Of a stretch of 64,000 nucleotides of DNA, positions 37,808-48,277 are shown piece by piece. How positions within the stretch are numbered: the stretch's first letter is position 1; every line of letters begins with the position of its first letter. Below the pieces are notes generated by a model, which worked only from the letters and a program-made list of their open reading frames with translations, searched no databases and was not told the origin of the DNA. Origin of the DNA: a virus. The position numbers and the translations under genes were made by a program. The stretch is from IMG/VR virus record IMGVR_UViG_3300025101_000026, positions 20-64,019 of that record; one strand, given 5' to 3'.

Positions 37808-38267
37808 ACTTATTAAAGACTTAGTGCTGGAGGGTAAACTATCGGATTACGGTAAAAATAATACCCCTGCAGCATTAAATAAAGAAAAAGCTTTAGGTAA
37901 TAAAAAAGTAGATCCGATGGATTCTATACAAGACCTAGATCTTAATACATTAGGTAGAAACGTAACAGTAAAAGAATACAGATACGGTCCTCTTAATCCT
38001 AACGACGAAAAAGGTTCTAAAAAATTCTGGGAAGATAAAGCTGAAATGTGGGATACAACAGTAGAACACGCTAAGACTTCAAGATGTTCCAATTGTTCTG
38101 CTTTTAATCAAAAGCCTGCTACTCTTAAAAAAATAGCTAAAGCAATAGGAGATGAGGGTGAAAAGATAGTCAAACAGTCTAATATAGGTTTTTGCGAATT
38201 TTTCTGGTTTAAATGTGCAGGTGCTAGATCATGCGATGCATGGGTCGGAGGCGGTCCTTTAAAATAA
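37794..38267 (+). CDS. Hypothetical Cys-motif protein with leader
   Basis: MKIIKLIKDLVLEG; CSNC...FCEFFWFKCAGARSCDAW. Confidence 0.55.
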   Translation: MKIIKLIKDLVLEGKLSDYGKNNTPAALNKEKALGNKKVDPMDSIQDLDLNTLGRNVTVKEYRYGPLNPNDEKGSKKFWEDKAEMWDTTVEHAKTSRCSNCSAFNQKPATLKKIAKAIGDEGEKIVKQSNIGFCEFFWFKCAGARSCDAWVGGGPLK

Positions 38268-38273
38268 TTTATT

Positions 38274-39074
38274 ATGCCATTAGGTAAAAAAGCAGACGCA
38301 GGAGATTATATAAAAGACTTTCGAAAATCAGATGCACCTCAGTTTAAAGGTAAGTCTAAGAAAAAGAGAGATCAAATGGCTGTAGCTGCTTATTTAGCTA
38401 AAAAAGACGAAATCGTAGATATAGTTAAAGAATTACTACAAGAAGCTGATCCAAAAAAAGGTACAGGTAAAAAACCTAAAGGCTCTGACCGTAGATTATA
38501 TACTGATGAAAATCCTAAGGATACAGTCTCAGTAAAATTTTCTTCAAGACAAGATATAGTTGATACTTTAAATAAAAAATCGTTCAAAGCTAAATCTCAT
38601 GCTCGCCAATCTCAAATTATTAATTTAATTCATCAAAGAGTAAGAGCAGCATACGGTAGAGCAAAAGATCCAAAAGTTAAGAAAAGATTAAAAACTGCAT
38701 TAGATTATGCTGAGCAAAGAAAAGAATCATCTAAGAAAAAAACTCAAAGATTGAAAAAAGTTAAAAACGAAAGTTTATGGGCTAATATTAATGCTAAAAA
38801 GAAAAGAGGTGAAAAATCTTCTCATAAAAATTCTAAAGCTTATAAAGCTGCTAAAAAGGCAGGTGTAGCATTAAAAAAATCTAAAGTTAAAGAAATAGTT
38901 TTAGATGTACTGTACGAAAAAAGTGTACATGATCCTGTTAAACCAGGTATACTAAAGAAACGATTAGGTGATCTATCATGCTCAAAAGTAAGATCAGCAA
39001 AAAGTAAATTAAAAAATAAAGGCACTCATTATGCCAAAGCATTACAGAGATACTTAAATTACCATTGTCAATGA
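38274..39074 (+). CDS. Very basic modular protein (putative DNA-binding internal head protein)
   Basis: Modules DYIKDFRKSDAPQFKGK, DPKKGTGKKPKGSDRRLYTDE, SLWANINAKKKRG and VKPGILKKRLG, separated by LQE/KNE/LYE. Confidence 0.55.
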   Translation: MPLGKKADAGDYIKDFRKSDAPQFKGKSKKKRDQMAVAAYLAKKDEIVDIVKELLQEADPKKGTGKKPKGSDRRLYTDENPKDTVSVKFSSRQDIVDTLNKKSFKAKSHARQSQIINLIHQRVRAAYGRAKDPKVKKRLKTALDYAEQRKESSKKKTQRLKKVKNESLWANINAKKKRGEKSSHKNSKAYKAAKKAGVALKKSKVKEIVLDVLYEKSVHDPVKPGILKKRLGDLSCSKVRSAKSKLKNKGTHYAKALQRYLNYHCQ

Positions 39075-39697
39075 TATTAACAGATAATAAACTTAATGAA
39101 AAAGCCTGTTTTACAGAGCCTACGTTAAATATAGATACTCTAATAGATAATAATAGCGTAGACTTATTTGATCAAAACGGATATCATTTAACTAAAGCTG
39201 AACAAGCTTATTTGCAATACAACGGATACAAACCAATTGAAAGGAGACATGAAGACTGTCTTAGATATGATTGGTTAGTCTGGGATAAAAGAGAAGGTGC
39301 TCATATAAACCATTCTGATTTATTTGAAAGAAAAGGGTTTGATGAAGATGCTAAAAAACAGTTATTAGAAATAGCTAAAATTAACCCTATGTTGTATAAA
39401 CTTATCAAAATGAAACCTAAATGGGGTATAGATATTTCTATAGATTACGTATCTGAAAACGCAGTATTTGAAGTTTTTCATTACGAATGGGATTCTTTTA
39501 ATTATAACGCTGTAATAGAAAAAAAACAAGAAATAGAAGAATTTATGTTATCAAAAGATTGGGATGATATTGCAATAACTCTTTGGAAAAAGAAAGATGA
39601 GTGGTATGATTTAGATTTCTTTGATCAAACTCAATGGAGAACTGATTATTTCGGACTATCCCCTGAAAACTTTAAAAACGTTATTTGGGAAGATTAA
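39065..39697 (+). CDS. Hypothetical protein
   Basis: 210-aa aromatic/acidic ORF overlapping the upstream gene. Confidence 0.55.
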   Translation: MSMILTDNKLNEKACFTEPTLNIDTLIDNNSVDLFDQNGYHLTKAEQAYLQYNGYKPIERRHEDCLRYDWLVWDKREGAHINHSDLFERKGFDEDAKKQLLEIAKINPMLYKLIKMKPKWGIDISIDYVSENAVFEVFHYEWDSFNYNAVIEKKQEIEEFMLSKDWDDIAITLWKKKDEWYDLDFFDQTQWRTDYFGLSPENFKNVIWED

Positions 39698-39703
39698 TCT
39701 ATT

Positions 39704-39711
39704 TATTTATA
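39704..39711 (+). promoter_or_regulatory. Putative late promoter TATTTATA
   Basis: Intergenic, before ATG 39735. Confidence 0.55.
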
Positions 39712-39734
39712 TAGCTATATTAAACTGACATATA

Positions 39735-41816
39735 ATGACCTACCAAGAAATCAAAAACCGTTTAGCTAAGTGTGAATTAGCATTATCAAAAATAAAAGAC
39801 GGTACATACTCTTCAATATCTACTTTAGATCAGAAAATTACTAAAGAAAAGTTAGAAGTATTAAAAGAATCATATTTAAAATTACTTAAAGAACAAGATG
39901 GAGAAATAGGTGATGATGGTTTTGTATCAACTGATGATGAAAAAAAAGCTGCTGATCTAGCTAAAGATGGAGTAAAAGTAAAACTAACTAGCGAGCAAGA
40001 AGGAGTTTTATTTTCAGTAGAAGAAACCAAAGCTATAGCTAAAGAAGTAGGAAAAGCTTTAATCGAAGCTTTGAGAGCTGCAGGAGACGAAATAGAAACT
40101 ATCAAAGCTCATCATATAGAAGAAAATACTTTTGATGTTTATGTTAGATATAAAAATGATTTCGAAGATGAATTTACTTTTGATATAAGAGATGATAAAT
40201 TACATCTTGTAGATTTTTCATTCGATAAAGAATTAGTTGATGTTGGTATTAAACCTTCAGGACAGCCTATAATTAATGTGGATGTTTTAAAAAATGAATT
40301 ATTGAAGCATTTTAAATCATTAAATGAAGAAGAAACCGATAGACAAAAATATCTACGAATGTTAGATATGTACAAAAAATCTTCAGGACAGGAAAGAAAA
40401 GATCTTAAAGATAAAGTTCTGAAAGCAGCTAATCAAGTAGGTATAAAATTACAATTATCTGAAGCACCCGAAGGAATGTTTTATCTAAAAGTAGACATAA
40501 GAGATGCAAGACATGCTATACAGATATTAGATGATAAATATAGAAAACAAGTTGAATTTAGCGGTTCAGATACTTACTACTTTAATGATGAATCTACTGC
40601 GTACGATGCAATGATGGATCTTAAAGCTCATGATATAGGAATAGCCGATACTAATTTAGATTTATTTTCGGAAGAAGAAGAATTTATTAATCATCCTCAA
40701 CTAGCTTTAAATATTTTAAAAAAAATAGGTAGAGAAACTTTTGTTAATATATACAAAAAATACCAAGGAACAGGACAAAGTCGTAATCAAGAACTGAAAA
40801 AAGAACTTATGGATCTTGTTATGCCTGAAGTTAAAAAATTAAATCTTAACGATAGTGACGAAGAAAAAGTTATGAATATGCTTAAAAGAGGATTAGCTTC
40901 ACTTGAAGCATCTATGATGAGACAAAGAATGAAACTACAAGAAGGTAGAGGAGTAATGGCTTCCATTAAAAATGCTATAGAAGAGTTGATGTTTAATGGT
41001 GATATGAGCGAAAAAGAAGCTGCTATGGAATTAGTTATTGCTATATCAGATGAATATGGATTTGATTTAGCAGGAAGAGAGTTTGATTTATTCCATGGAA
41101 ATGATGGAGATGTTGATGAAAATAATCTTAAAAAACTTGGAGACCAAGGATTCAATATAGGTCCATCTAAAAAAGAAAGAAAAGCAAAAGCTTTAGTTCA
41201 AGCATTAAAAGCTAAAAGAGCTCAAGTAATGAAAGATATGGAGCAAGAAGCAGAACCTGAAGGAGGCCCAATGGCTGATAAATATGGAGATATGCTTAAT
41301 AAAATTGATGCTGCCATAGAAAAATTACAAGGTCAAAAACAAAAGGTAAACGAAGAAAGTAAATTAATGATCAATGGCAAACCAGTTGATGTTAGTTCTA
41401 TAGAGATAGATGGAGTAGATAAATCTCAAGGGTATGATGATGGTACTGTAGATGCATTTGCTGTATATGCTGAATTTGAAGATGGTAGTAAATTAACTGA
41501 TAGTGAATTAGAGGAACTTACAGATGACAATCCTGATTTAATTCATAATCTTGCTATAGATACTTTTCATGAATCAGCTCCTGGTTACAAACATGATTGT
41601 GCAGCTCATGTAGTTCATGAAACTTACGGACATGGAATGTGTATACCTGAAAAACATACCTTAATTAAAGAAGGAAATAAATATGTAGTAACTCATTACG
41701 ACGTAGTTTTCAAAAAAGATAAAAAAGTAGTAAGAGATATACCAGTAAACGAACTGAAAATAATTACTCAGAATGAGCACTGGCATAAAAATTACAAAAA
41801 GAAAAAGAAAGACTAA
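39735..41816 (+). CDS. Large acidic modular protein with His/Cys C-terminal module
   Basis: Multiple LKE/LSE/LNE/LQE junctions; C-terminal HDCAAHVVHETYGHGMC...HTL...THYDVVF. Confidence 0.55.
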   Translation: MTYQEIKNRLAKCELALSKIKDGTYSSISTLDQKITKEKLEVLKESYLKLLKEQDGEIGDDGFVSTDDEKKAADLAKDGVKVKLTSEQEGVLFSVEETKAIAKEVGKALIEALRAAGDEIETIKAHHIEENTFDVYVRYKNDFEDEFTFDIRDDKLHLVDFSFDKELVDVGIKPSGQPIINVDVLKNELLKHFKSLNEEETDRQKYLRMLDMYKKSSGQERKDLKDKVLKAANQVGIKLQLSEAPEGMFYLKVDIRDARHAIQILDDKYRKQVEFSGSDTYYFNDESTAYDAMMDLKAHDIGIADTNLDLFSEEEEFINHPQLALNILKKIGRETFVNIYKKYQGTGQSRNQELKKELMDLVMPEVKKLNLNDSDEEKVMNMLKRGLASLEASMMRQRMKLQEGRGVMASIKNAIEELMFNGDMSEKEAAMELVIAISDEYGFDLAGREFDLFHGNDGDVDENNLKKLGDQGFNIGPSKKERKAKALVQALKAKRAQVMKDMEQEAEPEGGPMADKYGDMLNKIDAAIEKLQGQKQKVNEESKLMINGKPVDVSSIEIDGVDKSQGYDDGTVDAFAVYAEFEDGSKLTDSELEELTDDNPDLIHNLAIDTFHESAPGYKHDCAAHVVHETYGHGMCIPEKHTLIKEGNKYVVTHYDVVFKKDKKVVRDIPVNELKIITQNEHWHKNYKKKKKD

Positions 41817-41817
41817 T

Positions 41818-42423
41818 ATGAAAGTTAAACATCTAAAAGAATTAATAGAAGAAGCATACATACAAGTTCTTAGAGAAGCTGAAGAACCTAAACCTGAAGA
41901 TCCTATAGGGGACCAGGAAGCAAGTGATGAAACAGTTTTAGAGGATGCTACTGATACAATGTTAGAAAAGTTCCCTACTCTTAAAAAAACTTTAACTAAA
42001 TTAATGACTGAGGATTTCAAAGAGTTTGTAGATACTATAGATTGGGTATCGCCAAAACCTACAACCTTTAGAGTTAATTTAGTAAACGGCCAAGACTTTA
42101 CTTTAAAATGGACCGGTAATAATTTTCAAGCACAAATATTAGGTAAAAGATACATGCTAGGATTCATTAGTGAATTCCAACAAGCATTAGATAAATTAGC
42201 ACGTTTGTATCAAGAAGCACCTCTTAAAGGAGCTGGAGAAGGCGACGCTGAAAGTAGTCCTGAAGCTGATTTCGGCGGAGGTGGCGGAGGCGGAGATTTC
42301 CCCGGTGAAGAAGGTGGAGGAGCAGATGCTGCTTTTGATGATGCAGGTGGTGAAGAAGGTGGAGGAGCTGATTTAGGCGGAGAAGAAATAGACTTCGAAG
42401 CAGGAGAAGAACCAGAAGCATAA
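41818..42423 (+). CDS. Hypothetical protein with leader and Gly/Glu/Asp tail (start probably 41818, not 41773)
   Basis: MKVKHLKELIEEAY begins just after the upstream stop; low-complexity GGGGGGDFPGEEGGG tail. Confidence 0.55.
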   Translation: MKVKHLKELIEEAYIQVLREAEEPKPEDPIGDQEASDETVLEDATDTMLEKFPTLKKTLTKLMTEDFKEFVDTIDWVSPKPTTFRVNLVNGQDFTLKWTGNNFQAQILGKRYMLGFISEFQQALDKLARLYQEAPLKGAGEGDAESSPEADFGGGGGGGDFPGEEGGGADAAFDDAGGEEGGGADLGGEEIDFEAGEEPEA

Positions 42424-43607
42424 TGAACCTTATAGATAAAGTCATATTAGAATGGTCGTACCAGACCAAGAAAGGATACCCTGATCTTAATAATAAAGAA
42501 GATTTAAAGGTATTTGAATCTATGTTCGGCTTTAATATCAACGAAGCAATATATAATAAGAGTAAATCAATAGCTGCAGCAAAAGATTTTGCAGATAGTC
42601 CAGCGGCAGAAAAACTTAATATCTTTAAATTTAAATCGGGTAAATACGAAAACAGATTAAATTCAACAGAAGTAAAAGATTTTAATACTCTTAAAACTCT
42701 TCTAATGAAACATTTTAATCTTGAAGAAAAAGATGTAATATTTCATAATAAAGGAGAAGGATTAGCCTCAAGAGATTCAGTTCCAGGATTCCAATTAAAT
42801 ACAAAAAAATACGGTGATGTTTATATAGCTATAAGCACTGGTAGAAAAGGAACCGGAGGATTAAAAGCAGAAATATCTCTTACTAACGGTATAAATAACA
42901 TTACTAAAAATATTGAAGTAATTACCGTAAAGTTAGAAAGTAGTAAAAGAAATGTAGTGATTGACGGAGTAATGTCAGCAAAAAGAGTTGGGTCTCAAAC
43001 AGCAGATGGATCTAAAGCAGACGTTTCTCTTTACTCACAACCAGAAGGAAAAGGTACTCCTATAGCTAATATTTCAGTTAAAGAAGACGGTAAAAGTGAA
43101 TCTGAATTTAGATGGGCCTCTGTAAATAATGATAAAACTCCTTTTAGAAAAGGATTTGTAAATAAAGCGTTAAACGATCCCAATTTTCCTATAGAGTTAA
43201 AAAGAACAGGACATCATTTAGATACCGATAAATCTCCTAAATATGAAATGTTTAAAAAAGGAACTAATGAAAGAATTACTATAGTAGTAGTAAAAAACGC
43301 TCCTACTGATGCTAATGAAGATTATTTATTTGGTACTGATCAACCTAAAACAATAATTGCTACAAGATCATTTGAAGATAAAGATTTTGAATATGATGAT
43401 AATACGAGAGTATTGACTATAACTTGTACTTCATTATACACCGATATAGACCAAATTCAGGATACAAATATTGAACCTGCATTTACTATTACTCAGCATC
43501 AAAAACAACCGTATGGATTAGACTTTAGAATAGTACCTAAAGGTATGGCTAGTTATGGTCCAAACGCAAAAGGAATAGATATAGAATATTCAACAGTTTT
43601 TAAGTAA
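42423..43607 (+). CDS. Hypothetical protein, possible PD-(D/E)XK nuclease fold, with leader
   Basis: KAE...SKADVSLY...NISVKE pattern; N-terminal MNLIDKVILEWSY. Confidence 0.4.
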   Translation: MNLIDKVILEWSYQTKKGYPDLNNKEDLKVFESMFGFNINEAIYNKSKSIAAAKDFADSPAAEKLNIFKFKSGKYENRLNSTEVKDFNTLKTLLMKHFNLEEKDVIFHNKGEGLASRDSVPGFQLNTKKYGDVYIAISTGRKGTGGLKAEISLTNGINNITKNIEVITVKLESSKRNVVIDGVMSAKRVGSQTADGSKADVSLYSQPEGKGTPIANISVKEDGKSESEFRWASVNNDKTPFRKGFVNKALNDPNFPIELKRTGHHLDTDKSPKYEMFKKGTNERITIVVVKNAPTDANEDYLFGTDQPKTIIATRSFEDKDFEYDDNTRVLTITCTSLYTDIDQIQDTNIEPAFTITQHQKQPYGLDFRIVPKGMASYGPNAKGIDIEYSTVFK

Positions 43608-43610
43608 GTT

Positions 43611-45185
43611 ATGGCAAAAGATATTAAAAAAATAATAGCACAGGAGTATATTAAATGTGCTAAAGATCCGGCGTACTTTATGAGAAAGTATTGCCATATA
43701 CAACATCCTACTAGAGGTAGAATACTCTTCAACTTATACCCTTTTCAATCAGAGGTTCTACATTTATTTAAAGAACATCAATATATCATTACTTTAAAAT
43801 CAAGACAGCTAGGTATATCAACTTTAGCTTCTGCTTATAGTTTATGGTTAATGCTCTTTCATAAAGATAAAAACGTATTAGCTCTAGCAACTACTCAAGC
43901 AACAGCTAGAAATCTTGTTACTAAGACAATGTTTATGTATGATGAGTTACCTAAGTGGTTGAAGTTACCCGCATTAGAAAAAAATAAATTATCTCTTAGA
44001 CTAAAAAACGGATCAAAAATTACAGCAAAATCATCTAATGCAGATGCTGCAAGATCTGAAGCAGTATCATTACTTTTGATAGATGAGGCAGCGTTTATAG
44101 ATAATATTGCCGAAACCTTTACAGCTGCACAACAAACGTTAGCTACAGGAGGTCAGTGTATGGCTTTATCAACTCCTAATGGTATAGGAAACTGGTTCCA
44201 TCAAACTTGGGATAAAGCAGAAGCTGGAGATAATTCGTTTTTACCTATAAGACTACCATGGACGGTTCATCCGGAAAGAGATAAGGAATGGAGAGAACAG
44301 CAAGATAGAGACTTAGGACCTAGAATGGCAGGACAAGAATGTGATTGCGATTTTCTAGCTTCAGGTGATACAGTATTCGAACCAGATGACTTAAGTTTTT
44401 ATGAACAAACTTATCAAAAGGATCCTGTAGAAAAAAGAGGAGTTGACGGTAATTTGTGGATTTGGGAGCAACCTGACTACTCTAAATCATATATGGTAGT
44501 AGCTGATGTATCTAGAGGAGACTCAGTAGATTATTCAGCGTTTCATGTATTTGATATAGAAACTTGTGTACAAGTAGGAGAGTATAAAGGCAAATTATCT
44601 CCTAAAGATTTCGGAAATGTACTTGTAGCTATAGCAGCTGAATATAACGATGCTTTACTAGTAGTAGAAAATGCAAACATAGGCTGGGCGACTATAGAAC
44701 AAATATTAGAAAGAGAATATCGTAATTTATACTATAGTCCTAAAAGTCAAATGGACACAGTAGAATCTTATATGACTAAATATGAGAGAGATCAACTAGT
44801 ACCTGGATTTACTATGTCAGTTAGAACCCGTCCTTTAGTTATAGCTAAGATGATGGAGTATATAAGGGAAAAAGGGGTGACTATTCAATCTAAACGATTG
44901 ATGGGAGAAATGAGAGTTTTTGTATGGAAAAACGGTAAAGCTCAAGCTCAAACTAATTATAACGATGATTTACTAATGTCTTGTGCAACTGCACTATATG
45001 TTAGAGATACAGCGTTAAAACTAAGACAACAAGGTATGGACCTTGCTAGAGCAAGACTTTCTTCGTTTCAAAACTTAAATGCTCGTAACCAATCTGTCAT
45101 ATCATCAGTTGGATCCCAAATAAATAATCCTTATATTATAAAGACGGACCATGGAAATGAAGATATCTCATGGTTAATTAGATAA
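43611..45185 (+). CDS. gp17: Terminase large subunit
   Basis: KSRQLGIST (Walker A), LLLIDEAAF (Walker B), STPNG, VVADVSRG..DYSAF, NDDLLM. Confidence 0.92.
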   Translation: MAKDIKKIIAQEYIKCAKDPAYFMRKYCHIQHPTRGRILFNLYPFQSEVLHLFKEHQYIITLKSRQLGISTLASAYSLWLMLFHKDKNVLALATTQATARNLVTKTMFMYDELPKWLKLPALEKNKLSLRLKNGSKITAKSSNADAARSEAVSLLLIDEAAFIDNIAETFTAAQQTLATGGQCMALSTPNGIGNWFHQTWDKAEAGDNSFLPIRLPWTVHPERDKEWREQQDRDLGPRMAGQECDCDFLASGDTVFEPDDLSFYEQTYQKDPVEKRGVDGNLWIWEQPDYSKSYMVVADVSRGDSVDYSAFHVFDIETCVQVGEYKGKLSPKDFGNVLVAIAAEYNDALLVVENANIGWATIEQILEREYRNLYYSPKSQMDTVESYMTKYERDQLVPGFTMSVRTRPLVIAKMMEYIREKGVTIQSKRLMGEMRVFVWKNGKAQAQTNYNDDLLMSCATALYVRDTALKLRQQGMDLARARLSSFQNLNARNQSVISSVGSQINNPYIIKTDHGNEDISWLIR

Positions 45186-45189
45186 ACGA

Positions 45190-45197
45190 TATTTATT
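45190..45197 (+). promoter_or_regulatory. Putative late promoter (TATTTATT variant) before portal
   Basis: Intergenic, before ATG 45212. Confidence 0.45.
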
Positions 45198-45211
45198 AAT
45201 AAACTGTATTA

Positions 45212-47134
45212 ATGGCAGATACTTCACTTTTTAAACGATTAGGCAGACTTTTTTCTTCAGACGTAGTAATAAGAAACGTAGGAGGAAACCAACTTAAAGT
45301 AGCCGATGTTAATCAAATACAAACTACAGGTAGATATAAAACTAATTCTCTTATAGATAGGTTTAGTAGATTATATTTGTATAACAATAAAAATATATTT
45401 AATCCTAACCTTAATTATCAAACTTTAAGAATACAGTTATATTCTGATTATGAAGCTATGGACACTGACCCGTTAATAGCATCAACACTAGATATTATTT
45501 CAGATGAAGCTACTTTAAAAAACGATATGGGTGAAGTTTTAACTATAAAATCTTCAGATGAGAATATTCAAAAAATACTTTACAACCTTTACTACGATGT
45601 ATTAAATATTGAATTTAATTTATGGTCATGGACTCGTAACATGTGTAAATACGGAGATTTCTTTTTAAAATTAGAAATCGCTGAAGAGTTCGGAGTATAT
45701 AATGTTATGCCTTATACAGTTTATCATATGACCAGACAGGAAGGTTTAGACCCTGATAATCCTGCTAAAGTAACTTTTCAACTAGATCCTGATGGTTTAG
45801 CATCATCTCAAGATCCAAACTATATTCCTAAAAGTAACAGAAGAGTTATTCAATTCGATAATTATGAAGTAGCCCACTTCAGATTAATATCAGATACTAA
45901 TTACTTACCTTACGGTAGATCTTTTATAGAGCCAGCTAGGAAAATATTTAAACAACTTACTCTTATGGAAGATGCGATGTTAATTCATCGTATTATGAGA
46001 GCGCCTGAAAAGAGAACTTTCTATATAAATGTAGGTCAAATACCTCCTAACGAAGTTGAGCAGTTTATGCAAAAAACTATTACTCAAATGAAAAAAACTC
46101 CTTTCGTTGATCCGAATACAGGAGATTATAATCTTAGGTTCAATATGATGAATATGATGGAAGATTATTATATTCCAATGAGAGGTGGAGATACTCAAAC
46201 TAAAATTGATACTACTAAAGGATTAGATTATGATGGTACTAATGATATAGAATATCTTAGAGATAAAATGTTTGCTGCTCTTAAAGTACCGAAAGCGTAT
46301 TTTGGGTATGAAGGAGATTTACAAGGAAAAGCTACATTAGCAGCTGAAGATATAAGGTTTGCTAGAACAGTTGAAAGAATACAAAGAATTTTAGAATCTG
46401 AATTAACTAAGATAGCTTTAGTACATTTATATGTTCAAGGATTTAAAGGAGAATCATTAACTAATTTTGAAATAAAGCTTACTAATCCTTCTATAATATT
46501 CGAACAAGAAAAGGTAGCACTCTTAAAAGAAAAAGTAGATTTAGCTTCCCAGATGATGGATACTAAATTATTTCCAACTGATTATATATACGACCATATA
46601 TTTAATCTGTCTGAAGACCAGTATATGGAAATGAGAGACTTAGTAGCTGAAGATTATAAACGTATCTTTAGATTAGGTCAAATTGAAAATGAAGGTAATG
46701 ACCCTGCTAAATCTGGCAAATCGTACGGTACTCCTCATGATCTAGCTTCTTTATATGGTAGAAGACAAGGAGATCAAAAAGGTATGCCTTTTGGAAGAGT
46801 TCCTGCAGGATATGAAGATGATACTCCTGGTATAGGTAAAATAGGACCTGAAGGAGGACGTCCTAGAATTCATGCTTCACATTACGGTACTAACGATGGT
46901 TTAGGAGGTAGAGATCCTCTTGGACAGGATGCAATGAAAGGAGGCTTCGATTCTGATAACGAAAACGTTAACGAAAACGAATCAAGCAAAAAAATAGATA
47001 ATACACTTGCTAGATCTTTATTTTATCAAAACAAAGAAATGTTTAATGATAAAAAGCAAATAATTTTTGAAAATAAAGACGAAGAAGAAGATAATTTATT
47101 AGATGAATCACAAATACAAGATTTAGATAATTAA
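45212..47134 (+). CDS. gp20: Portal protein (T4 gp20-like)
   Basis: KQLTLMEDAMLIHRIMRAPEKRTFYINVG, MMEDYYIP.RGG, LKVPKAY, EDIRFARTVERIQ. Confidence 0.92.
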   Translation: MADTSLFKRLGRLFSSDVVIRNVGGNQLKVADVNQIQTTGRYKTNSLIDRFSRLYLYNNKNIFNPNLNYQTLRIQLYSDYEAMDTDPLIASTLDIISDEATLKNDMGEVLTIKSSDENIQKILYNLYYDVLNIEFNLWSWTRNMCKYGDFFLKLEIAEEFGVYNVMPYTVYHMTRQEGLDPDNPAKVTFQLDPDGLASSQDPNYIPKSNRRVIQFDNYEVAHFRLISDTNYLPYGRSFIEPARKIFKQLTLMEDAMLIHRIMRAPEKRTFYINVGQIPPNEVEQFMQKTITQMKKTPFVDPNTGDYNLRFNMMNMMEDYYIPMRGGDTQTKIDTTKGLDYDGTNDIEYLRDKMFAALKVPKAYFGYEGDLQGKATLAAEDIRFARTVERIQRILESELTKIALVHLYVQGFKGESLTNFEIKLTNPSIIFEQEKVALLKEKVDLASQMMDTKLFPTDYIYDHIFNLSEDQYMEMRDLVAEDYKRIFRLGQIENEGNDPAKSGKSYGTPHDLASLYGRRQGDQKGMPFGRVPAGYEDDTPGIGKIGPEGGRPRIHASHYGTNDGLGGRDPLGQDAMKGGFDSDNENVNENESSKKIDNTLARSLFYQNKEMFNDKKQIIFENKDEEEDNLLDESQIQDLDN

Positions 47135-47138
47135 TTAC

Positions 47139-47146
47139 TATTTATA
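47139..47146 (+). promoter_or_regulatory. Putative late promoter TATTTATA
   Basis: Intergenic, before ATG 47187. Confidence 0.55.
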
Positions 47147-47186
47147 AAGGTAAGGTGTACTATGTGTACAACAAAACAATATAATA

Positions 47187-48041
47187 ATGCGCATTAAACA
47201 TAGTAAGTACAAAAATACTGGGCTAATATTTGAACTATTAGTTAAGCAGATAGCTGCAGATACTTTAAATAAAAAAGACTCTCCAGCTGTCAACATTCTT
47301 AAGAACTTTTATACTGGTAGGTCTACATTCGTACGTGAATTTAAATTATATGAATTTATCTTAAAAAATAAATCTATTTCACAGTCAAAAGCAGAGTCTA
47401 TAGTTTCTACCATAATTGAAGTATCGCGAAATATTAACCCATCGTTATTAAAAAAGCAAAAATATAATTTAATAAAAGAGATTAAAAATCACTATAGTTT
47501 AGAAGAATTTTTCTCTATTAGTGTGAAAGATTATAAACCATTAGCAGCTCTATACTGTTTGATGGAAGCTCATAAAATTTCTGATGTAGTTGATCCTAAT
47601 TTTTTAGTAGATAATAAAACTACTATATTAGAACATTTAACTAAGGAAGTACAAAATAAAAAAGAAGTAAGAGATAACTTAATAGAAGAGTACGGTAAGT
47701 ATGACAAAGATCTTAAATTATTAACTTTTAAGATTCTATTAGAAAAATTTAATTCTAAATATGAAACACTACTTCCCGAACAAAAAAATATCTTAAAAGA
47801 ATTTATTACATCAGTTGATTCTTCTACTAGACTACGTAATTTAGTCAATGAGGAATTATTAAAATTAAAAAAAGTAATAAATACTTTAAAAGACGCAGTA
47901 AAAGATGATATTGTTGCTATAAAGTTACAAGAAGTAGCTAAAACTATTGAACCTATTTCTAAAACTAAAAGAGTAACTGATGATCATCTTGTAAATATTA
48001 TGACTTACTACGAACTAGTTCAAGAATTAAAAGGATTATGA
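47187..48041 (+). CDS. Conserved-looking head-module protein of unknown function
   Basis: IKHSKYKNTGLIFELLVKQI; between portal and protease; TATTTATA upstream. Confidence 0.55.
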   Translation: MRIKHSKYKNTGLIFELLVKQIAADTLNKKDSPAVNILKNFYTGRSTFVREFKLYEFILKNKSISQSKAESIVSTIIEVSRNINPSLLKKQKYNLIKEIKNHYSLEEFFSISVKDYKPLAALYCLMEAHKISDVVDPNFLVDNKTTILEHLTKEVQNKKEVRDNLIEEYGKYDKDLKLLTFKILLEKFNSKYETLLPEQKNILKEFITSVDSSTRLRNLVNEELLKLKKVINTLKDAVKDDIVAIKLQEVAKTIEPISKTKRVTDDHLVNIMTYYELVQELKGL

Positions 48042-48277
48042 AAATTAGTCAATTAAGAGAATTAGTTAAAGAAGTAATGCAAGAGATGAATGAAATGAGT
48101 ACTACTGCAGGAGCAGGTGCTTATCATACTCCTTTTGCTTTCAGTAAAAACCAAAGAAAAAATAGAGCTACTAAGTATGGTGAGAAGCTCGGTTATATTA
48201 CAGTAAAAAGAAAAAAAAGACCATACAATACAAAAATGATTGATTATTTAGATGAAAACTCTACAAGAAAAATATAA
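48038..48277 (+). CDS. Small head-module protein with leader
   Basis: [19 protein letters not shown] followed by [15 protein letters not shown] and a basic tail. Confidence 0.55.
   Translation: MKISQLRELVKEVMQEMNEMSTTAGAGAYHTPFAFSKNQRKNRATKYGEKLGYITVKRKKRPYNTKMIDYLDENSTRKI

Noticed and set aside
41773-41817. Upstream ATG at 41773 as the true start
   Set aside because: It overlaps the previous gene by 44 nt; ATG 41818 follows the stop directly and gives the shared MKVKHLKELIEE leader.
42290-42420. GC-rich patch with short GGTGAAGAAGGTGGAGGAGC duplication
   Set aside because: Explained by a Gly/Glu low-complexity protein tail, not foreign DNA.
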